DNA of 64,000 nucleotides from Octopus vulgaris (lineage: Eukaryota). Made by a program: the position numbers and the translations under genes. This document shows, in pieces, positions 37,407 to 49,287 of the stretch. The first letter of the stretch is position 1; each line of letters begins with the position of its first letter. The notes beneath the pieces are model-generated. The model was not told the origin of the DNA and made no database searches. It was given only the letters and a program-made list of their open reading frames with translations. The stretch spans positions 13,268,001 to 13,332,000 of the forward strand of contig OX597837.1 in NCBI GenBank assembly GCA_951406725.2, in the 5' to 3' direction.

Positions 37407-37520
37407 AGCTGTCTTTGTTCCTCGTGTGGATCAGAGACGTAAATATCCGACAACGTCCGTGATTAGGGAACCGGAACTAAGGCAGGCAACTCTCTCACTC
37501 GTCAAGAGCCGTAAGAGTTA
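37407..37520 (-). promoter_or_regulatory. Candidate MALT1 first non-coding exon and promoter
   Basis: GTGAGT donor at 37406-37401, locally CpG-rich unique sequence, ETS-type CCGGAA at 37471-37476. The start site is not determined. Confidence 0.35.
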
Positions 37521-38218
37521 ATGTTCTTGATTCCCTAATTCGTTTAGCATTAACATTTTAAGCCAATTCCTTGACATTAGCAAGAGTCTTTCTTTAGTCC
37601 TTGCTAAGTTTGCTTTGAGACCCTCTAACTGCATATTTTACTTCCACGTCCGAAGTTTCTTTATTGATTTATATGTAATCATCATTATCGTTTAACGTCC
37701 TCTTTCCATGCTAGCATGGATTGGATGATTTGACTGAGGTCTGGCGAACCAGATGGCTGCCCTTCCTAATGCCAACCACTCTGAGAGTGTAGTGGGTGTT
37801 TTTAAAGTGCCACCTGAGGGCCAGTCTGGCGGTACTGGCAACGGCCACTCTCTAAAATGGTGTTTTTTATGTGCCACCTGCACAGGAGTCAGTTCAGCAC
37901 CCCTGGCAACGACCTCGCTCGAATGTTTTGTTCACGTGCCACCGGCACAAGTGCCAATGAGGTGACGCTGACAACGATCAAGCTCAAATGGTGCTCTTTA
38001 CGTGCCAGACAGCTGCTCTGGCAGTGATCCCTCTTGGATGGAGCTGTTAGCGCTCCCCTGGCATAGGTGCCAGTCATCGAATGCGGTTCAATTTCGATTT
38101 CACTTGCCCCAACAGGTCTTCGCAAGCAGAGTTTAGTGTCCAGTGAAGGGAGGTTGGCATGGGTGCCAGTCGACGAATTTGGTTCGATTTCCAATGTAAT
38201 ATAATATAATATATAAAA

Positions 38219-38555
38219 GGGTAAAGGACCCTTTTCAGTCATGAATGACCGTGGGATTGCACCTAGAAAGTTCCCCTCCAAAGCACAAGTCCAGGCAAGG
38301 TTGTTTATAGAAGGCCAGCAGTCAGGCATGCATACCAGCCTTCCCTCTCCATGCCACTGATGTTATCCAAGGGAAAGGCAAAGGGGCCGATACAGCTTGG
38401 CACCAGTGATGTCGCAACTCATTTCTACAGCTGAGTGAACTGGAGCAATGTGAAATAAAGTGTCTTGCTTAAGAACACAACACACAGCCCTGTCCACAAA
38501 TCGATCTCACAACCTCGTTATTGTGAGCCCACGCTCTAACCACTGAGCCAATGTG
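38219..38555 (-). mobile_element. tRNA-derived SINE family E
   Basis: tRNA-like head (TGGCTCAGTGGTTAGAGCG) followed by CTTAAGCAAGACACTTTATTTCACATTGCTCCAGTTCACTCAGCTG. Confidence 0.7.
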
Positions 38556-39021
38556 CCTTCAGGCACAAGGCCCGAAATTTTGCGGGAGGGGATCAGTCGA
38601 TTAGATCAACCTCAATACACAATTGGTAATTAATTTATCAACCCCGAAAGGATGAAAGGCAAAATCGACCTAGGAGGAATTTGAACTCAGAACATAAAGT
38701 CAGACGAAATACCACAAAGCATTTCGTCCGGCGTGCTAACATTTCTGCCAGCTCGCCACCTTACAATATATAATATAATGCTTTGAGCATGTTAGCTTGC
38801 TTCAGTAGGTTCTGTTGACCCTTGAGGGGTGCAAACAATTGAGGCACTCGATGTTAAATTGGTGTTTCTTTCACTTTTTTCTTTGTTCCTCTTTTTCCAT
38901 TTTCTTTCTTTCCCGGTTTTGGATTTGTACGTGGTGCATAAGGTATTTGAGGACATACCTTTCTGGGGTCATTGCAGCATTTTTTGCTAACTCTGTACAA
39001 TCTTTGTTTTTGAAAATAATA

Positions 39022-39670
39022 ATGGCAGAACCTCAGCTTACTCAAGAAATGAAGAAGCATGCTGTTATTGTGGCTGAGTATAGCGATTTAGAAATATCGT
39101 GAGTTGCCAGATCTTTCGTCTACAAAGTTTGTAAGGTGCGAGAGACTGAAGATGGAAATATCACCAATATCAAAGCATAAAAAGCATTCTAGACGCTCTG
39201 AAATCATTAGAACCCCTGAATTCAACCAACAAGTTCAACAGACCATTGATTACAATCCCAGAAGGTCCATGAGGTCATTTTCAAAAGATGTTTCAGTAGG
39301 GACAGTCAGAAATGTTGTCTGCGAAGACATCAGATATAAGTCTTATCTGATGAGGAAAGGTCAATTTGTCAGAAAAAGCAAAAGGAAATCACTACATCCA
39401 GCAGAAGAATATTTGATTTGGTTTTTCTCAAATGAGAAAAACCTTGACTAAGATCAAAAATTAAACAGAAGAAATAACAGATGGTTATGTGCAGACCCAT
39501 CTGAAGTTCCAAAATTTCCTGCACCTGTCATGGTTTTAGGGGTTGTCAGCAATGAAGGACATGTAATACCTCCTTACTTCTTTCCACAAGGCCTTCAAGT
39601 TAACTCTGCCACCTACATTAAGGTCCTGGAAATAAGTGTTAAGCCCTGGACAGACAGTGTATGCAATGGA
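39022..39670 (+). pseudogene. Degenerate Tc1/mariner-superfamily (maT/DD37D-like) transposase
   Basis: Frameshifted pieces YKSYLMRKGQF, IWFFSNEKN.., NRRNNRWL, KFPAPVMVLGVVSNEGHVIPPYFFPQGLQVNSATYIKVL. Confidence 0.8.
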
Positions 39671-40846
39671 AGGCCTGGAGGCAAAGTGGCCAAGTTCCTT
39701 TCGAGCGTTGGACCTCATGGAGGTAACAACTGAGACCTTTGACATTGTGTCATGCTTAAGAAGACCCATCAAGCTGAGCAAAATCACAGTCATGGCAAAT
39801 ATTGGTATCATGCAAATGGCACCTGTGCCGGTGGCATGTAAAAGCACCCAATACACTTTCAAGGTGGTTGGCATTAAGAAGGGCATCCAGCTGTAGAAAA
39901 CCATGCCAAATCAGACCAGAGTCTATTGCAGCCTTCCAGCTTGCCAGCCCTGGTCAAACCATCCAAGCCATACCAGCCTGGACAACAGGCGTTAAATGAT
40001 GGTGATGATGATAGATCATGCGCTAATGACCTGTATAAGATATAGATCATTAGCAGACATGAGTTATCAAGGAGGAACGGTTTTAAACTCTTCTGTTATG
40101 GCCTGTAGGCATACAAAGAACAGGAACAGGAGCTGAAGAGCTTTGATGAACTTCTTCCCACTTGGTAAATTTCTTACTGTTTGCACCTTTGTCCGTAGCT
40201 TGTAAAGCCCTTACAGGTGATTCATTTGCACCTAATTGCATTAGTGACATCCTGATTACAAAGCCTGACAGTCAAATGCCTTCTCCAAATCATTTAGTAC
40301 TTGATAAAATAATTTACTCTTAGGTAATCACTTTACCTGTAGTTGTCTCACTCGAACGCTGGCCTGATTGACATCTTTCCAGGTATAAAACTGGACAGCA
40401 TCTCATCTACATTAGTTTCGTCCCCTATCATTTATGCTTTAACTTTTCCAGTAACCTTCATAATTTGGCCAAACAGTTTGATGCCTCTGTAAATGCATTC
40501 ACTGAAACGTATCTACTTTGCCCTTGTTGCTATTCATAAGAAAACTACTATACTATTCACCGGGACCGTAACCCAGAAGTTAGGGTTGCACACAAGATCA
40601 CAAGATTGCGATTTCAATTTCTGGGCTGGACGATGCTTTGTTGTCTTGAGCAAAATATTTTGTTTCGCATTGCTCCAGTTCGCTCGGTTTAAATGAATAA
40701 TCCTGCAACAGACTGATATTGTGTAGGGGGAATTCTATGTCACTTAGAAACCAGGCAAACTGGCCCTGCCCAAGGCTGTAATTCCACTGGGTATGACGCA
40801 CCCATCTGTGCTATGGGTCAGATATTTGTGTGATTTGCATGTTTCT

Positions 40847-41080
40847 TATTTCTTTACTAAACACAAGGGGCTAAACACAGAGAGGATAAACAAGGACAGA
40901 CAAACGGATTAAGTCGATTAAATTGACTCCAGTGTGTAACTGATACTTAATTTATTGACCCCGAAAGGATGAAAGGCAAAGTCGACCTCGGCGGAATTTG
41001 AACTCAGAACGCAGTGGCAGACGAAATATCACTAAGCATTTCGCCCGGCCTGCTAACGATTCTGCCAGCTCGCCACCTTC
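40847..41080 (-). mobile_element. SINE family B with 18-bp TSD
   Basis: TSD tgtgatttgcatgtttct at 40829-40846 and 41082-41099. Confidence 0.85.
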
Positions 41081-42221
41081 ATGTGATTTGCATGTTTCTA
41101 CTTTGCCACGCATTTTAAGCATCTGAGTGACTGTTCCTGATTAATGATTAAACAACTGCTTTTCTTGTTCTCATATCAATCAGCTCTATCTACCAAACTA
41201 TTTCGATTTGTATTGCTGCTCCATTTATTGGGTTAACGTGAGGTTGACCCTTTTTTTCCCCATGCAATCCTCTCGTTCAACACTCTCTCTTAATAATATA
41301 GCATTTTCGTGCTCCCTTTCTTTTCAAGAAAAGGAAATGTAAAAAAAAGTAATGCTCACTACAGTTCTGGATATACAAAAAGATGAGATAGTCATGGCTG
41401 GAGTGCCTTTGAATCATAGAGCTGCTCAATAAGGCAGTGGATACTACAGTATGTGCTACCCAGAGCATCCTTTGAGTTTGTTGTTCCTCTCCGGGCCCCC
41501 ATACATATTCAGATTTGTGGCAGACCCAAATGTGTTGCCCCCATAAAACCATCAATCCAAGTGAACCCCCAACCTTGCTTAACTCCCAGCTACTCTACTG
41601 CAATAAGGGATGATGCAAGTTCTAAACAACACCTAACATAAACTGCTGAAATTTCAGATTTGTTCCAGTCATTAGACCACAGCCATCCTGGGTCTCCATC
41701 TTAAGGAGTTTTTAGTCTAACAAATCAACCCCAATACCTTTCATTTTTCTCAAGCCTGGTACTTATTCTATCAGTCTTTTTTGCCAAACTGCTAAGTTAC
41801 GGGGATGTAAACACACCAACACCAGTTGTCAAGTGGAGGTGGAGGACAAACACAGATACAAAGACAACAGGCTTCTTTCAGTTTCTGCCCACCAACTCTA
41901 CTCACAAGATTTTGGTTGGCCTGAGGCTACAATAGAAGACACTTGCTCGAGGTGCCAAGCAGTGGAATTGAACCCAGAGCCATGTGTTCAGGAAACAAAC
42001 TTCTTACCACACAGCTACACCTATGCATCTTTTAATGTAATTCTGGAAACTGGTTTCCAATTTATTTTGCAAGTTTTGCCAATTTTCATTCTGTATGTTT
42101 TAATGAAGAGAAACAACAAAAATCATTCTTGGTCTCCCTAGTACAGTGTTTCTCACACAATAGAGCTGTGATGATTAAAAGGTCGGTGAACAAATTGTGC
42201 TGCTATGTTTACTAAAATACC

Positions 42222-42610
42222 ACGGTCAGCAGAAAAGTTCATAGGCTGACCACGATACTCTCGTGGAATGTCACTAAATGTGGCTTATTTTACAAACTAG
42301 TCCCCCTTGCAGTCCAAAAACTTCTTCCATCGGTGTTGCAGTGATTGGATCCTGTTGGTGAAGAAGCTTTCATCCTGTTGGTCAAAACAAGTCTTCAACA
42401 GCAGATATGATATTATTATCACTGCGATGCTGGTTCCTAGCCAAGTGTTTTTTTATGATGGAGAACAGAAGAGAGTGAGATGAGGCCAAATCAGGAGCAC
42501 AAGGGGTGATCAACCAGTTCAAAGTCACAGTTGTGCGCAGCACCCTTTGAAACTAAGGACTTGAGTGCTGGAGAATTGTCCAGATGAAACAAGACTTCTT
42601 TCACCAGTTC
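42222..42610 (-). pseudogene. mariner transposase 3' fragment
   Basis: Minus strand encodes a degenerate YSPDLAPSD motif (CAPDLASSH) and LQHRWKKFLDCKG, followed by a TIR-like end. Confidence 0.65.
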
Positions 42611-43276
42611 TCCTCAAAAAATGGTTGTAAACTTCTTAAATTTGTCCAACAACATAGCGAAGAAAGAAATCCATGGATGTAAACTGTTTTGTCTTCTCCT
42701 TAGTAAAAAATGTGAGGAAGGGGAAAAACAATTATACTAATATCTTTATCTTTTACTTTTTTCTATCATTGGATTGTGGCCATGTTGGGGCACTGCCTTC
42801 AAGAGTTTTATCAAAAAATCAACCCCCTTAGTTATTTTTTTAAAAGTCTGGTACTTATTCTGCTGGTCTTTCAAGCTTAACAAGCACAGAACATTTCGGC
42901 CCTGGATGGAGGACCCAAGTCAATAACGGACAATACCATTTCCATAGTTGGGGCCATTATAACTCATTGAAGTCAATGCCTGATCTCTATTACTCATCTA
43001 CCCTACAGCCCTACTCTTGATATTTAGTATAATCCTTTCTCCCATCACACACTGTGCTTCAATCATTAATTCTAAACTTGCTATTGTCAGAGGACTTTCT
43101 CTATCTTGCTCACAACCTTCAAATGCAGCCCCACTCCCTTTGGCTATCTCATAACCCTAACTCACACTGGACATCGCCACTACAATTGGCTTTTTGCTAT
43201 TGTAAATAGGGTCTCCCTCATTCCTTTATCTATATGATAATATATATGTGTGTGTGTGTGTATATATATAATATAT

Positions 43277-43308
43277 ACTAGCAGAGACACCCTGCGTTGC
43301 TTGGGATT
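43277..43308 (-). mobile_element. Helitron 3' terminus
   Basis: Minus strand: CCCAAGCAACGCAGGG hairpin, 8 nt, then CTAG|T. Confidence 0.55.
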
Positions 43309-43328
43309 AAAATGGTATAGTTTATATA

Positions 43329-43740
43329 TAATAGAAATATTAATATTTCTAAGTCTCTCTAAAGGAGACAATGGCAGCAGTACTGGATATTAATAGTTAT
43401 CGCCAAGCTAACATGGCAGTCCAGAAAAATAGGACGAATGCTGCTGTTGATTAGCTCCAAGAGGCCATCGCCTCTAGCTAGCTATATAACACACAGACCT
43501 GTGTCCATTATAACCTTTGAACAAGGGAGGTCAGCAACTTCCCCTTGCTGGTCTGGCATCTACAGACTAGTTTTGGGGTATTTGCCCTATTATCAATGTA
43601 AAGTAGCCAAACACAGCAGGCACCGCTGCTGACCGTCTGTTCCGTATTCTCCTTAGAGAGATTTAGAAATGTTAATATTTCTATTTTTGAAAACCAGTGG
43701 AGGTATTCCATTGAATTTAGGTAAATAATCCTTCAAACAG
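43329..43740 (-). mobile_element. Diverged second member of the 364-bp hammerhead repeat family, with inverted terminal segment
   Basis: Colinear similarity to 26121-26430 (e.g. tccattataacctt.gaacaagggaggtcagc); 43648-43685 is an inverted copy of 43330-43368. Confidence 0.65.
43559..43602 (-). ncRNA. Degenerate second copy of the U3-A8 hammerhead
   Basis: UUUACA-UUGAUAA-UAGGG(CAAAUA)CCCC-AAAA-CUAG-UC-UGUAGA. G12 has become A, so it is probably inactive. Flanks are homologous to the 26121-26484 unit. Confidence 0.55.
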
Positions 43741-45117
43741 TTATATATATATATATATATATACAACTCATAAATAAGGGCAAACGTTTGCCCTTATTTA
43801 TGAATTGTTTATAAATTTAACCTTTAAAGGTATTTTTTAATATGCTGGCCATTGATAAGATTTTTTTTTGGAAAATAATTTTTTTAGAAAAAAATTTTAT
43901 CCTACATTAAGATATATATATAACTTATGTGTATATATACATATAAATATATAGATAGATAGATATAATGTGTGTGTGTGAAAATGCATGAACGTTGACA
44001 TATTCTACAGCTTCACTTGTCATTCACTGGCCAAAATGACTTACAAAACCAGTGTTTCTTATTGAAGGAAGGTTTGTGAGGACAGAAAAGATGGACAAAC
44101 ATCCATGGTTAATAAAATGGAAACGTTTTTTTTAACATATTACATATTTTAAATATTGAATTTAAAATATTATGGACAGAAGTTGAAGGTTGTTTGTGGG
44201 ATTTGACTCCACATTGTCAACATAGAACTTTTCCCATCCAAGGGGATTTTTAATCCAATATTTGCATGCTACTATCTAGAGCTTTATCTCCTTCAAAGTT
44301 TACAATTAAAAACGAATCATTAAATCTATATTCTCTGCATCTTCATCCTTGTTCTTTCATTTCAAATCCAAACTTGTAATCCCACCAAATATTTAGGTAG
44401 AAACGATTATCTCCCTTACACTAACGGGCCACCAAGTTGACACCACATTTCAAACAGTATTTGGTTTCCTCATTAACAGAGCTAATTGGGACTGGCCTAA
44501 TTAAAAGAGAAATGGACAAATCAAATCGTTCTGTGTAATTTGGTTGCATTTCTTGAGAGCATGTGGTTAAGGTGTTGCACTCACAATTGCAAGATTGTGG
44601 TTTCAATTCCTGGACCGGGTGCTACATTGTGTTCTTGAATAAGACACTTCATCTTGCATTGTTCTGCATTGATTCAGGCAACATCAGTTCAATGCAGAGA
44701 GTGAACTATTATACAGCACATAGATTTGATCACTATTAATGAATCGTTTGGACAAATTGTTCTTCAATTTCTTGCAGAAACATCTTTCTTAGACTGCAAA
44801 ATATTACCATTTATCTAATTTAGAGAGGGAAGACTAGCTATCCATCCATCCAAAAAAGGAAGGAAAGCAAAATATTTCTCCCATATTTTAGGCAGAGCGA
44901 ACTGCTATTTGTGAATTTGTGAACCACTCTGGTAATTATTATATAAGATTTTCTTAGAAGAAAGGAAGAATTTTAAAAAATTAAATAAAATTAAAAACTT
45001 ACAGCAGCTTTGTTTTACATCATTTTTTTTTTGGTTTCCTAAATCTAACCAAAATTCTTCACTTGACAAAGGAAACCAAATCGATAAAATAGTCCTTCCT
45101 GTGTTGTAACCATATCA

Positions 45118-45290
45118 AGATAATTACCCCCACCCCCACCCCATAGGACAACTACCCCCAACAACAACAACTCCCTAGGACAATAACCCCTCTCTATATT
45201 AAGAAGTTTTAAATCATCTGTTGTCCTCAGGGGTAACTGCCCATGGGGGGAGGTGTTATTGTCCATCGGTGGGGTAAATGTCCTAGACTC
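45118..45290. mobile_element. Fold-back DNA-element remnant with repeated GGACAANTACCCC motifs
   Basis: Three forward motifs (45118-45192) face three inverted motifs (45230-45283), downstream of the DUF3987-like stop codon. Confidence 0.5.
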
Positions 45291-45734
45291 CCTGTAACAG
45301 CTTTTTTCTTTATAAATAACAATGTTGAAAACATTTCCAGGTCTGGGGTCATTATGGGTCTTAGGGCAATTCTTGATAAATTTTTCCAAATCTTATAACA
45401 ACCATTTTCTTTTTTAAATTTCATTTTATACTTTTTTATTGAGCTGTATTTTCTCAACAAATACCATGTTACTTGCAGAAAAATTCAATTTTATCTGTAC
45501 AAAATCCAAAGAATTAGCAAAATTTATAAATAAAATTGACCTTTTTCACTCCACTTAACCTCGCCCTCCGTTTCTCTCTCTCTCTCTCTCTCTCGCTCGC
45601 ATTCTCTCTCTCTTTCTCTCTCACTGTGTTACCTTACACAGTCTCACACACTTTACAACAAAATCAACTGGGAAACAGATTAAAATTCAGATATTTTAAA
45701 ATCAGTTCAAGACCGGAACCGGTAACGTGTGTCC

Positions 45735-47617
45735 TCAGTTGAGCTGTACAAGTTCTTGCTTAACACTGAAGCTTGGATCAAATGCCGAGCTTGACCCTCC
45801 AGTAGAATTCTCATCAACAACATCTGAGTTATCAACAACATCAACAGGAGGGGGCCCTGGAGATGATGTTTCGTAGACATTTGAGCCAATTTTGTTGTAA
45901 AGGTTCATATCAACTCGCAGATACTGCAACATCTGCTTGTTCTTCTCATCAAGCTCTAAAGGATGCTTACGTTTAAAGCGCCAGTACACTTTTTTGTTTG
46001 ATGGATGCTTAATTCTTTCAGCAGCACCGACGCCAAACTCTGAGACCTTTTTAAAGAACAACACCGACACCCAGACAGGGTGTCGGTTATTGGTGGCTTG
46101 TTGTTTCACGGGTGGCGCGATGGACTTTTGAGCAGCTGTCGTAGCCGACACACCCGTTCCATCATCATAACACTCAAGCAAGCGCTTCATTCGTTTGCCG
46201 TGATTAGTGATAAAGGATGCCTTGTCCATAGTGTAAAATTCTGGAATAAAAGGGATCTCATAATCATCATCAGCAAGGACTACTTGAGGCTGGTCCCATT
46301 CTTTGGGTAAACTATTAATGGGTGGCAAAGGTAAGTTCTGAGTGCTGGGAGACGTTTGTATGCCGGACGGGAGAACACCAAGGGCTGTAGATTGAGCAGG
46401 AGTAGGGGGGATAGAAAGGACGGCAGATGAGTTGTGGGTATTTTGTTGTTGCTGTTGTTGTTGAGATGCTGCTGCAACTTGCTGGTTAGACTGTTGCTGA
46501 GCTTGCTGTTGGACTTGCTGTTGCTGCTGCTGTGAAACAACAGCGGCTGCTGCAGCTGCCTGCGATGCGGAGTGTGCAGCTTGTGCACAGTACTGTTGTT
46601 GTTGTTGCAAGGCAGCTGCAGCAGCGGAAACATTGACAGAAGGCTGAAGACCAAGAGACATTCCAGACACCAACATCAATGCAAGTTTTTGCTCCATGAA
46701 ATATTTGCTTAGTTCAATGGCTTTGTGTAGAGTTTCACTGTCGATAACCAAATCCCATTCATAAATAGCTGGATTTGTAGCCTGCATCGTAAACTCGCAA
46801 GCGTTCATTAAGGCCTTCAGCACACCTGCCATACGTACAATCTGACCAAGAGACTTCTCAATGGCGCTTCGACGACGTTCATCGTGATCCAGTTGACTAA
46901 CCATGCTTGCCCACTCTTCGTCGTGCACACGGCACAAATCTTTCCAGGCTTCTGTCGAGAAAACATATTCTCGGTTTTGTTGATGATATGTATGAAGTGT
47001 TTGAAAAATAGTTTTCATAGGAGGTGTGTCGGTAGTGAGAGGAATCGAATTCCAGATGGTTGAAAAGTTGGGATTGTGAGGGCAAGCTACTAAATAGCGA
47101 CTACTAAGCCAGGTTTGACCGTTGAGAAATAAATCCACGACATATTTTGGATGACCCATACCTGTGTGATTAAAGCAGGTAGAATCTAAAGTTGTCATTT
47201 CACCATTCTCTACGTGAAACATTGGACCGCCATCATAGAGAACCAAGAGTTGATCGGGTCCTTTAGAATTTTCTTGGTCTAGTTCTAGCATTTTGTGTAA
47301 CTGATGGAGGTCTTCAGCAAAACACAGAATTTGTCCACTGTTCTTTCGAAGTACATGAGATAAATCTTCGTGAGTCATTGGCCCAGCAATTAATTTTTGA
47401 GGTCCGGGGCCACTGTGAGGTGGAGCGCCAGGGGAAGTAGGACGTGATAAATGCCATTGCTTTTCGAGTTCTCTCTGGATTTCTAAAAGTGGTGTCATAA
47501 GTTGGCGGAGGGCAGCAGATTTCCGTGTGCCTGGGTAGGCACCAATCATTGTCCAAACTACAGGTGGTTCCTGCCATAGTTGATTCACTTTTATTTTTGT
47601 CTTTCTGCCCATCAGAG
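45735..47617 (-). CDS. DUF3987-like gene, coding exon 2
   Basis: Uninterrupted frame of about 627 codons. Walker-A-like GAYPGTRKS (47517-47543), [15 protein letters not shown], polyQ/A tract (~46440-46625), C-terminal VKQE. Confidence 0.92.
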
Positions 47618-49237
47618 CTGGAAAAAAAGAAAAAAAATTCTTTTAATATTTTTTTTTTAATAACAAAAATCATTTAATTATCTCGTTACCAATATTTAAA
47701 TAAGGTGATCACAAAATAGACAGCATTGGACAGATTATAATGGTATTAAGTTGCAATTCTTTACATTAAGTGTTTGAATCTGATAAGGTTGACTTATGAT
47801 TCATCCTTGTGCTAGGCATGGCTGTGTGGTTAAGACTGCTTCCCAACCATGTGTTTTTGAGTTCAATTCTACTTTATGGCACCTTGCACAAGTGTCCTCT
47901 ATTAAAGCCTTGGGCTAGTCCAAGTTGTGTAAGTAGAGTTTGAGGATAGAAACTGAAAGAAGCGCTCATCATATTTGTGTATGTGTGTGTGTGTCCCCGT
48001 GTGTCCTTGTCTTGACATCCCATGACAGTCGTAAACAAGCCTCATCGTCATACAAATGGTGTCTTTTGTTTCCAATTTTCAATGAATTCATTTCTGGCCA
48101 CAGAGAAAATGGAAACAAGTGTGGGTTAGTGACAGGAAGAGCATCCAGCCAGAGTTGAGGCAGGTCCAGTTTGACATCATTGGTTGTTTTTAGCTCGCAT
48201 GCTTCTGAGTTCAATCCCACCATGTGGCACCTTGGGCATGTGTCTTCAGCTGTGGCTCCAAACCAACCAAATCTTGGAAGACAAAAACTGAAAGAAGCCT
48301 GCCTCGTGTGTGCATGTGTATGTGTGTGTATGAATATGTTTGTGTCTCCTTGTCTTGACATTGCGTGGTAGTTTGTAAATGAGTGTCACTGTCATACAAG
48401 CAGTGTTGTTCATTTCCAATATTCTGTGAAGACATATTTGGCCATGGGGGAAACATTACCATTACTTGGAAAAGAGGTAAGGGTTGGTGGCAGGAAGGGC
48501 ATCCAGCCGTAGAATATACACCCCAATAAACTCTGTCTGACCCATGCAAGCAGTATAAAGGGGACATTAAAATGATGACGATGATGATGATAATCCAAAC
48601 TGAACATGAATTAGATATGAACACACACCCACACATTCAAGAAAATTAGAATATTATGCAAAAAGTGGTAAGTTGTCATCAAGTCAGAACATCAAAATTT
48701 CTTTGGCATTAAGTGCCCCCCCCCCCAATATTTCATTGATGTCAGTTCACATTTGTGTGTTTATCTCAAAATATGAGAATGTATTATTTCATAAAAAACA
48801 TCATCATAAGCACAGCTATGGCTGTGTGGTAGGAAGTTTGCTTCCCAACCACATGGTTCCGGGTTCAGTCTCACTGCGTGGCATCTAGGGCAAATGTCTG
48901 CTACTATAGAGCAGGGCCAACCAAAGCCTTAGTGAGTGGATTTGGTAGAAGGAAGCTGGAAGAAGCCCATCGTCTATATCTATATCTATCTACCTGTCTG
49001 TGTGAGTGTGTGTGTGTGACATGTTTGACACCACCACTGCTTAACAACCAGTGTTGGTGTGTTTACATCCCTGTAACTTAGCAGTTGAGCAAAAGAGACT
49101 GATAGAATAAGTACCAGGCTTTAAAAAACGGTTTTTGTGTGTTCCTTAAATGGCTAATAAACACCTTCCACGCTGCAATTGTTTTCGTTCTAGCACACAA
49201 TCTCAGATCAGGTCACTTGCTAAGCATGTACATCTCC

Positions 49238-49287
<50 letters not shown>

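Noticed and set aside
45735-47612. Single-exon 625-aa gene starting at the ORF-track Met
   Set aside because: A strong acceptor 5 nt upstream and an in-phase upstream exon at 63232-63007 extend the domain, so the two-exon model is preferred.
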